This document shows, in pieces, positions 25,447-31,330 of a DNA stretch of 32,000 nucleotides; the first letter of the stretch is position 1, and each line of letters begins with the position of its first letter. The position numbers and the translations under genes were made by a program. The notes under the pieces are model-generated. The model worked only from the letters and a program-made list of their open reading frames with translations, made no database searches and was not told where the DNA came from. This stretch comes from Candidatus Saccharimonadota bacterium. GTDB taxonomy: Bacteria > Patescibacteriota > Saccharimonadia > Saccharimonadales > Saccharimonadaceae. The stretch spans positions 600,001-632,000 of the forward strand of contig CP075337.1 of the NCBI GenBank assembly GCA_025349965.1, given 5' to 3'.

Positions 25447-25579
25447 CCAATCTACCGAAATTACACCCTGAGTAAACCTTTTACCCAGAAATTCAGATAC
25501 TACCAATTGTCAAACTGCATCACCCAGGCTCACCTGGGTAACATAGTTAGACCACAGGGAATTCTCTGAATGTAATTAA

Positions 25580-25608
25580 ATTATAGCATATTTTTGACAA
25601 AAACGCAA
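25580..25608 (-). promoter_or_regulatory. promoter of the LAxTG surface-protein gene
   Basis: Reverse strand reads TTGCGT (25603-25608), a 17-nt spacer ending TGC, then TATAAT (25580-25585). The predicted ~125-nt leader contains the hairpin CCCAGG ctca CCTGGG. Confidence 0.5.
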
Positions 25609-25640
25609 TACTCCATAAGCATTTTCACCTCTTTATTCTC

Positions 25641-25669
25641 AGAAACAAAATAGCCCCCGAGGGGGGCTA
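25641..25669 (-). terminator. rho-independent terminator after pfkB
   Basis: TAGCCCCC pairs with GGGGGCTA (25651-25669). The minus strand continues TTTTGTTTCT. Confidence 0.7.
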
Positions 25670-25692
25670 CCTATTTGGAAAAGTAGATTCCG

Positions 25693-26703
25693 CTATGAAA
25701 GGTGTCGTACACCGTAATCTTCAGGTGCATTGGCAAGGTGGCCTTCAATCTCTTCACGAGTAAGAAGTCCTGTTTGTGCGCCAATGTGCTGCACAACGTT
25801 CATCGAGTTAATCGGTGCCCAGCGCAGGGCTGTATCAAGGCTCTCGCCAAGCGCAAGCGCCGTCACAATCGTTGAAGCAAAGGCATCACCTGCACCCGTA
25901 CGGTCTACTGGATCCGCTGGGTCTGGATAGTTAGGGATTTGGAGTAAGCGCTCGCCATCTGATGCATACGCTCCGTCGGGGCCATCAGTAATAACAACAA
26001 TCTTCGGACCCATTGCGTGGAAGGCGTTGGTAAGATCAGCCAATGAATCAATCGGCAAGCCCGTCACTAGCGCAGCTTCTTCACGGTTAAGAATCACGAT
26101 TTCAGAACGACGGTACACATCGGCAAGCTTTTCAGCTCCCCACGTAAAGTGAACGGTACCCGGCTGGAATGCCAACTTAGTTTCAGGATGCTTTTCAAGG
26201 TATTCAAGCAATTGCTCGTGAAGTTCCCAGGCAGCATCACCACTCTGGGCAAGATATACCCAATCCGGCACTTGCTCTGGCTCCTGCCATGTATACTCGT
26301 ACCCTTCGTTCTTCGTCAGCATTGTACGGTCAGCACCATAACGAAGCACGTACCAGTAGTTAGACTTTGCGCCCGGCTGTACCGAGACGGTATCGGTCTT
26401 AATCTTTTCGTCTCGCAGGTACTCAAGGGTTGATGCGCCCGTTTCGTCATCACCAATATAGGTCATGAGGCCTGACTGGGCACCGAGACGACTAAAGGCA
26501 ACGGCCGCATTCGGTGATGGACCTACCGCCTCAACAATATCAACGGTGTCATAAGGGAATTTTGCACCGAACTCAACGCTCAGCCACTTCTTCCCCGCTT
26601 CATCTGTTTCAACTTTGGCAGTGTCGTCGTTTAATTTAATAAATGCATCGGTAAATGTGTCGCCGATTGCAAGAATGTACGGATGGTTTGCAGTGTGTGT
26701 CAT
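25693..26703 (-). CDS. PfkB-family carbohydrate/nucleoside kinase (ribokinase-like)
   Basis: 336-aa ORF. The C-terminal signature DRTGAGDAFASTIVTAL (DTxGAGD) and the overall ribokinase-like layout support the call. Substrate is not assignable. Confidence 0.8.
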   Translation of the reverse strand: MTHTANHPYILAIGDTFTDAFIKLNDDTAKVETDEAGKKWLSVEFGAKFPYDTVDIVEAVGPSPNAAVAFSRLGAQSGLMTYIGDDETGASTLEYLRDEKIKTDTVSVQPGAKSNYWYVLRYGADRTMLTKNEGYEYTWQEPEQVPDWVYLAQSGDAAWELHEQLLEYLEKHPETKLAFQPGTVHFTWGAEKLADVYRRSEIVILNREEAALVTGLPIDSLADLTNAFHAMGPKIVVITDGPDGAYASDGERLLQIPNYPDPADPVDRTGAGDAFASTIVTALALGESLDTALRWAPINSMNVVQHIGAQTGLLTREEIEGHLANAPEDYGVRHLS

Positions 26704-26706
26704 AGT

Positions 26707-26883
26707 TTATTCATGCATATCGTCATCGAAATGCAACCAGCTGTCAATCAGATTCGTTTCTCCGTCATCCGAGGAAAGATCGATTGTATCATCTTCACGA
26801 TACTCATTGAGCGCACTATCGGTAATAAACCCGTCTGAGTCGATATCTACCGGTTGAAGCTCGAGGTACTGAAGGAGTGACAT
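26707..26883 (-). CDS. hypothetical small highly acidic protein (58 aa), translationally coupled to pfkB
   Basis: Below the ORF-track length cut-off. My translation is MSLLQYLELQPVDIDSDGFITDSALNEYREDDTIDLSSDDGETNLIDSWLHFDDDMHE*. AAGGA lies ~12 nt upstream. Its TAA is 3 nt before the pfkB ATG, which has no SD of its own. Confidence 0.45.
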   Translation of the reverse strand: MSLLQYLELQPVDIDSDGFITDSALNEYREDDTIDLSSDDGETNLIDSWLHFDDDMHE

Positions 26884-26962
26884 GTGGTCTGTAGTCCTTT
26901 GCTTTTTAACTTATTTTTGTTTTTTGCGGGCAGTGTTTTTACTGCTCGTTCGCAATACCTTT

Positions 26963-26991
26963 ATTTAAGCATAAAAATTTTAAAAAGTCAA
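26963..26991 (-). promoter_or_regulatory. promoter of the small-acidic-ORF/pfkB operon
   Basis: Reverse strand reads TTGACT (26986-26991), a 17-nt spacer ending TGC, then TTAAAT (26963-26968). Confidence 0.45.
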
Positions 26992-27035
26992 GAGCCACCC
27001 ACTCTTCATCAGGTCTCTCACCTCTTAAAATGGCG

Positions 27036-27064
27036 TTGACGTAAGCAGTAAAGAATGGTATTGT
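27036..27064 (+). promoter_or_regulatory. promoter of the 245-aa GC-rich ORF
   Basis: TTGACG (27036-27041), a 17-nt spacer ending TGG, then TATTGT (27059-27064). It is divergent from the pfkB-operon promoter. Confidence 0.45.
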
Positions 27065-27138
27065 TGTAATAGTGCACAATCCCGTGCGCAAAGAAAAAAT
27101 GTACCCACTCGTACATGTTCTTTTATTTTTAGGAGGAG

Positions 27139-27876
27139 ATGCTATTGCAGCAGCCCAGACTGGTAAAAACCGCTAGCTCGGTACTTGCCCGGGTCAAAGA
27201 ACTCATTCACAAGGGTGATGTTCGCAAGGTCAACTCGCTCCTCGAGGACGAGCTGAACCGCACGCCTGATGACACTGCGCACCCCGAGGTCGCAGCACTC
27301 CTGCATGAGTTTTGCAAAGACACCACCAACAGGGATAGTACCCTGCCCACCGGTATCAAGCCCTCGCTTCTCGAAGAGATGGGCGTGCCACTGGTTATCC
27401 TACCCGAGAACTCCAACCCGCACGAACAACTGCGTATCATCACGCGGATTGTCTGTGCGATCAAGGGGCTCGACATCAAGGAGCTTCAGGGGCTTACCGA
27501 CAAGACCCTGGAAGCGACCGGTATCTACGGTGACTGGAAGCACCTCAGGCACACGACGCCGTTCCTCTACGGGGAGCCGTCCGAAACTGGCAAACAGCGT
27601 GCCGACAAGATGGACATCGGTACCAATGGCCGTGTCACGCTTCACTGGGTTGAAGACAAAACCCGCTACGAAGGTGGCTGGCTGTCGAACGTCCATATCG
27701 AGGTAGCAAGCCACGCGACCGATGAGTCAAACGCTCGTCACTGGGCGCTCACCGCATCACTTCAGCTGAAGGATAACGGCAAGGTCATTGGAATGGTTCC
27801 CTTTATTGGGAGCTCAGAAGGCGGAGATAATTACGGCATTCGGGAAACTGCCTGTATTTGCGCCCTCCTCAACTAA
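27139..27876 (+). CDS. hypothetical protein (245 aa), GC-rich, no recognised domain
   Basis: Longest frame in a GC-rich stretch (40/60 at 27241-27300) with strongly G/C-ending codons. AGGAGG lies at 27131-27136; TTG 27145 is better spaced than ATG 27139. It has its own promoter and is followed by three hairpins. Confidence 0.6.
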   Translation: MLLQQPRLVKTASSVLARVKELIHKGDVRKVNSLLEDELNRTPDDTAHPEVAALLHEFCKDTTNRDSTLPTGIKPSLLEEMGVPLVILPENSNPHEQLRIITRIVCAIKGLDIKELQGLTDKTLEATGIYGDWKHLRHTTPFLYGEPSETGKQRADKMDIGTNGRVTLHWVEDKTRYEGGWLSNVHIEVASHATDESNARHWALTASLQLKDNGKVIGMVPFIGSSEGGDNYGIRETACICALLN

Positions 27877-27878
27877 CC

Positions 27879-27974
27879 GTCGCTCGGACATCGTCCTTGT
27901 AGCGACAAAGCCCGGGAAATTCCCGGCCCCGCCCCTAGGTTGATAGCTTCTCTAGCTGTCCCTGGGGGCGTTTT
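27879..27974 (+). terminator. three consecutive hairpins after the 245-aa ORF; the last is a terminator
   Basis: Hairpin 1: GTCGCT/AGCGAC (27879-27906). Element 2: palindrome CCGGGAAaTTCCCGG (27912-27926). Hairpin 3: CGCCCCTAGG/CCTGGGGGCG (27930-27970), followed by TTTT. Confidence 0.6.
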
Positions 27975-27976
27975 AC

Positions 27977-28005
27977 TTGCATTATTTACATTTTTGTGCT
28001 ATAAT
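27977..28005 (+). promoter_or_regulatory. promoter of the 88-aa ORF
   Basis: TTGCAT (27977-27982), a 17-nt spacer ending TGC, then TATAAT (28000-28005). Confidence 0.55.
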
Positions 28006-28042
28006 AAAACCGTAATGACACTCTCGTAGGAAGGAGAAGACC

Positions 28043-28309
28043 TTGTCATCCGCTCGCGGAGAAGGTCTGCGTCGTTCTCCTGCGATTATCGTGGGGGATG
28101 ACCAAATCATAGAGAGTTCAGCACAGGAGCTGATTCTGTGCGGACTATCACACCTCCCCCCAACGCTAGAGATGCGCATTATGCGGCAATTCGAGCTTGA
28201 GCGAGACGTGGACTTGATCCTCGGCTCCATCATCATCGGGGGGACCACCTATACAGCCCATCTGTACAAGGGAAAGGTCAACGCGCTGTACATTAAGGAG
28301 CGCCCATGA
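28043..28309 (+). CDS. hypothetical small protein (88 aa)
   Basis: TTG start lies 6 nt after AAGGAG (28031-28036). Promoter TTGCAT-17-TGCTATAAT is immediately upstream and a strong terminator is downstream. No family recognised. Confidence 0.5.
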   Translation: MSSARGEGLRRSPAIIVGDDQIIESSAQELILCGLSHLPPTLEMRIMRQFELERDVDLILGSIIIGGTTYTAHLYKGKVNALYIKERP

Positions 28310-28340
28310 TGAAGTGATTCGCTCACAGACTCATTGCAAC

Positions 28341-28380
28341 GCCGCCCTCTCGCAAACGCGAAGGGCGGCTTTTCCTTTTT
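28341..28380. terminator. terminator between convergent 88-aa and 418-aa genes
   Basis: GCCGCCCTcTCGC aaac GCGAaGGGCGGC (28341-28369), followed by TTTTCCTTTTT. Confidence 0.7.
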
Positions 28381-28384
28381 CTCC

Positions 28385-29641
28385 TTATTGCTCTCGTTGA
28401 CGTCGGGTCGTAAGATACCCTTCACCTGGATGCTCTCTCGTTCCATAGAACAAGCCCGCTGCTATTGCATCGGGGCTGAATGGCGGGCCATCGTACCCAA
28501 TCGCATCAAGCTTCTTATAGAAAAGCTCCGCATTGCGCGCAAGTCCCCTGTCCCATCCATCTTCCAACGAAACATACCCAAATAGCTCGCAGTTTGCAAG
28601 TGTCTCAATATCTTCTTTCAAAAGTTCCCAGGCTTGGTCTTTGTAGTAAACAATTTCACCGTCATCATCAAGATGATAGTGCGGAGCGCTCAGTGCGAAC
28701 GAGCCAATGACACGCTTCAGTGAATCGCTACTACGCTCCTTTTCGTGCATCATGTAATAGTACGCCGGGTCAGGGTCGCCCACACCACGACCCGTCGCAA
28801 AGCCTTCTTCATACCATATCGGCACAGATTTATCTGGACCACTCCAGAAATAGGTACTATGAATTTCCGATTCAGGGAAAGCAAGTTTTAGAAGTGCCGT
28901 GGATATACGGATTGTCGAGCCGGATGATTTGACCTCGTCGACAATACAAATCGACTTTTCATCAAGCCGAGATGGCTGGTCAAAGGCCGAAAGCACGTTA
29001 TCAGGATCTACTGCGCCGTCGACGAAAAGCGCCCTAATACGAGCCGCGTCTTCCCGTAACAAATCTTTGTTCTGCTGTGTCAATAACTCAAACGTGTATT
29101 CTTTAATTTTCTCGTTTGGCGTTTTCTTTGTAACAGGGTACCCGTGACGGTTTAAGATTTGAACACGGTCAATGTTAAGAAAGTCTGAAGTGGGGCGTTC
29201 GGCATCTTCATCTGCATATTGATCCCAAAGGGCGCCGACAAGTGCCTCGGGCGGGCGGGCAGATTTATCAAGATATATCATCGCCTCATAGCCTTCATCT
29301 TCAATTTCAGCAATGAGCCTACTTGTGTCATGAGTATACTGAAGAATTGCGTCATACTCATTGAACTTATAGCGCTCAACCCCACCGTGACGATCCGCAA
29401 GACGATTAAACGCTACACCGTCGAGACTGTGTCGCTCAAGGATACCTGCAACTTCACGGACGGCAACGTGACTATCGAGGCCATGCTCGGCAATGGTAGC
29501 CTGTACCGACTCGAGATTGGCTTCAGGATATGAAAACTCTACATGTCGCTCACCATCCGTATTAAAAGCATACTCCAGCGAGACGGGAGTATCCGGCGTA
29601 TCATTGGGATTCTCAGGTGTGAGCGAAAGTGTTTCTGACAT
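28385..29641 (-). CDS. hypothetical protein (418 aa) with phosphoribosyltransferase-like PRPP-binding motif
   Basis: ICIVDEVKSSGSTIRIS fits the type I PRTase PRPP motif (hydrophobic strand, two acidic residues, small-residue turn). AMIYLDKSARPPEALVGAL upstream resembles the PPi-loop strand. Backbone-like composition (27/60 at 28861-28920). Own promoter TTGACT-17-TGATAGTAT. Confidence 0.6.
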   Translation of the reverse strand: MSETLSLTPENPNDTPDTPVSLEYAFNTDGERHVEFSYPEANLESVQATIAEHGLDSHVAVREVAGILERHSLDGVAFNRLADRHGGVERYKFNEYDAILQYTHDTSRLIAEIEDEGYEAMIYLDKSARPPEALVGALWDQYADEDAERPTSDFLNIDRVQILNRHGYPVTKKTPNEKIKEYTFELLTQQNKDLLREDAARIRALFVDGAVDPDNVLSAFDQPSRLDEKSICIVDEVKSSGSTIRISTALLKLAFPESEIHSTYFWSGPDKSVPIWYEEGFATGRGVGDPDPAYYYMMHEKERSSDSLKRVIGSFALSAPHYHLDDDGEIVYYKDQAWELLKEDIETLANCELFGYVSLEDGWDRGLARNAELFYKKLDAIGYDGPPFSPDAIAAGLFYGTREHPGEGYLTTRRQREQ

Positions 29642-29668
29642 ATTTTTATTTTCTCGATTTATAGCGTA

Positions 29669-29697
29669 ATACTATCATATAAATGCAAAAAAGTCAA
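29669..29697 (-). promoter_or_regulatory. promoter of the 418-aa PRTase-like gene
   Basis: Reverse strand reads TTGACT (29692-29697), a 17-nt spacer ending TGA, then TAGTAT (29669-29674). Confidence 0.5.
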
Positions 29698-29719
29698 GCA
29701 TAAGCTTTTGATACATCTA

Positions 29720-29748
29720 TTGACTAAAAAATAATATCGTTGTATAAT
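29720..29748 (+). promoter_or_regulatory. promoter of the 87-aa GC-rich ORF
   Basis: TTGACT (29720-29725), a 17-nt spacer, then TATAAT (29743-29748). The predicted ~84-nt leader contains the hairpin CTGCAC taatgatg GTGCAG (29756-29775). Confidence 0.55.
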
Positions 29749-29838
29749 TTTATTTCTGCACTAATGATGGTGCAGGTTTCGCCTTTCTGTTTACGGGTTA
29801 ACCGGCCTGTGAATAAGAATTAACCGAAAGGAGGGGCT

Positions 29839-30102
29839 ATGGCCCCTACGATGGAAGCACCCGCTACCCGCCAGCAGCTGTTCGAATCGCCGATCTGGCG
29901 GATGGAGATGGCGCTGCGCAAGACCGAGGACGATGCCGCGCGCAACTCCAGTGTCGCGCACTCGCTGAAGATGGTGCGGGAGCCGCTCAGCAACGAAGAT
30001 GCACTGGACTGGCGAGACCGACTGGCACGCCTCGATGCGCACGACCTGCTCGATGAGAGCAACTTGAGCCGCCTGGCTGAACTGGGTATCGCGTTCGCCT
30101 AA
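29839..30102 (+). CDS. hypothetical small helical protein (87 aa), GC-rich
   Basis: AGGAGG (29829-29834) lies 4 nt before the ATG. Third codon positions are almost all G/C (39/60 GC at 29881-29940). Promoter TTGACT-17-TATAAT is upstream and two hairpins are downstream. Confidence 0.55.
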   Translation: MAPTMEAPATRQQLFESPIWRMEMALRKTEDDAARNSSVAHSLKMVREPLSNEDALDWRDRLARLDAHDLLDESNLSRLAELGIAFA

Positions 30103-30134
30103 CGGCGTCCATCTCTGAAAGCCTCCCCTTCTCA

Positions 30135-30200
30135 CCTTGCAAACTGCAAGGAGTGAATTGCCGGGAGCCCCCTGCACCGCAAGGTGTGGGGGTTTTCATT
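30135..30200 (+). terminator. two hairpins after the 87-aa ORF; the second is a terminator
   Basis: Hairpin 1: CCTTGCA aac TGCAAGG (30135-30151). Hairpin 2: CCCCCTGCACC gcaa GGTGTGGGGG (30168-30192), followed by TTTTCATTTT. Confidence 0.65.
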
Positions 30201-30215
30201 TTCCGATGCTTTTCG

Positions 30216-30224
30216 TGCTACACT
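30216..30224 (+). promoter_or_regulatory. extended -10 (TGCTACACT) 6 nt upstream of the LiaF-like ATG
   Basis: Plus strand reads cgTGCTACACTaagcgcATG, with no SD. Confidence 0.45.
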
Positions 30225-30230
30225 AAGCGC

Positions 30231-30899
30231 ATGAAACAGACGATTTTACGCAATGTTACAGGAATTATTATTTTAGCAGTTGGTGCCGGGGCTTTGCTTG
30301 ATGCGCTAAACGTCACAGCCTTCTGGGGGCTCTTTGGTACCTGGTGGCCCGTGCTTGTTATCTTGGCTGGTATCTTTACCGCCGCGGGCGACTTCCGACG
30401 CAATTACATCTGGGCACTTGTCCTCGGTGTTGTTGGTACACTCCTCCTTCTCCGCAACTTGGACGTTGTATCATTTAACGTCTTTGGGCTTATCTTCCCT
30501 ATTATTCTTATTGCCGTGGGGCTTTCGGTGCTCGTTTCAACAACGCGCCGACATAAAACTCCGACGACAACGCATGCTACCGACGATGTTTCCGTTATTT
30601 TTAGCGGCAGCGAGACGGTAAACGCGGCGAAGGATTATCAAGGTGGACGCGTAACTGCTATTTTTGGCGGCGCAGTACTTGACCTCCGCGATGCGACAAT
30701 CAAAAAGGAAGCAACACTTGATATAACTGCACTCTTTGGTGGCGTTGAAATCCGCGTACCGCGAGAGTGGCGTGTGGTTTCAAAGATCACCCCTATTGCA
30801 GGTGGCGTTGAAAATAAAGCACAGGGCAAAGATGAACATGATGGGCCGGTGCTTGTTTTAACCGGGATGGTGGCGCTTGGGGGTGTGGAGGTTAAGTAG
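30231..30899 (+). CDS. LiaF-like membrane protein (N-terminal TM bundle + DUF2154/LiaF C-terminal domain)
   Basis: The track frame starts at 30153; I prefer ATG 30231 (MKQTILRNVTGIIILAVGAG...). The 5' extension would overlap the upstream terminator, and TGCTACACT lies 6 nt before this ATG. The C-terminal beta-rich AIFGGAVLDLRDATI...ALFGGVEIRVPREWRV resembles LiaF (from memory). Confidence 0.6.
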   Translation: MKQTILRNVTGIIILAVGAGALLDALNVTAFWGLFGTWWPVLVILAGIFTAAGDFRRNYIWALVLGVVGTLLLLRNLDVVSFNVFGLIFPIILIAVGLSVLVSTTRRHKTPTTTHATDDVSVIFSGSETVNAAKDYQGGRVTAIFGGAVLDLRDATIKKEATLDITALFGGVEIRVPREWRVVSKITPIAGGVENKAQGKDEHDGPVLVLTGMVALGGVEVK

Positions 30900-30917
30900 G
30901 CCCTTCATACTTGCATG

Positions 30918-30948
30918 AAAAGAACCCTGTATAATGCAGGGTTCTTTT
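30918..30948. terminator. bidirectional terminator between the LiaF-like and zincin genes
   Basis: AAAAGAACCCTG tataat CAGGGTTCTTTT, with A- and T-runs on both sides. Confidence 0.7.
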
Positions 30949-31327
30949 ATTTGTTCTGAAGCCTATCCATATCCTCATGCTCCAACCCATAATAGTGAGC
31001 GATTTCGTGCCAGAGCGTACGTTTAATTTGCTCATAGAATGCTTCGGGAGTTGGCGAGACAGCCAAGATGGCATGTTTGAACAGAGTAATTTTATCCGGT
31101 AACGAGAACGCGCCGGAGCCACGTTTTGTTAGCGGGACACCTTCATACAGACCCAGGAGAAACCCTCCCCCTTCATCAAGGTGAGCGTTTTTGCGTTGAT
31201 GCTCGTCGGGTTCATCGGCATAGGTAATGACGACATTCTCAAGTCCCTTGATGTATTCCTGCGGAAGCTCATCCATCGCCCTCGAGATGAGGGCGTTGAA
31301 TGCTTCGTCAGTGACATCTATATGCAT
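30947..31327 (-). CDS. small metallopeptidase-family protein (zincin-like, DUF1025/PF06262-type)
   Basis: 126-aa ORF with GLYEGVPLTKR...LPDKITLFKHAI...HEIAHYYGLEHEDM (HExxH). It lies 3 nt downstream of ileS. Confidence 0.8.
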   Translation of the reverse strand: MHIDVTDEAFNALISRAMDELPQEYIKGLENVVITYADEPDEHQRKNAHLDEGGGFLLGLYEGVPLTKRGSGAFSLPDKITLFKHAILAVSPTPEAFYEQIKRTLWHEIAHYYGLEHEDMDRLQNK

Positions 31328-31330
31328 AGG

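Noticed and set aside
24724-25569. 281-aa plus-strand ORF opposite the LAxTG gene
   Set aside because: It is Arg/Leu-rich low-complexity translation, typical of the antisense frame of a GC-rich gene. It has no RBS, and the minus-strand frame has a signal peptide and a sorting signal.
25581-25622. 13-codon minus-strand mini-ORF (MLMEYCVFVKNML) with a good SD (AAGAGGTG), lying between the pfkB terminator and the LAxTG promoter
   Set aside because: It overlaps the -35/-10 of the downstream promoter and would lie upstream of that TSS. It is probably a coincidence of AT-rich sequence, and it is too short to evaluate.
29880-29888. GTTCGAATC, resembling a tRNA T-loop
   Set aside because: The flanking bases do not form a T-stem (agctg versus cgccg), there is no acceptor or anticodon arm, and it lies inside a coding frame.
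29791-30177. 128-aa minus-strand ORF overlapping the 87-aa gene
   Set aside because: It is Arg-rich antisense-type sequence that would run through the plus-strand terminator hairpins. The plus-strand ORF has a consensus promoter, AGGAGG and GC3 bias.
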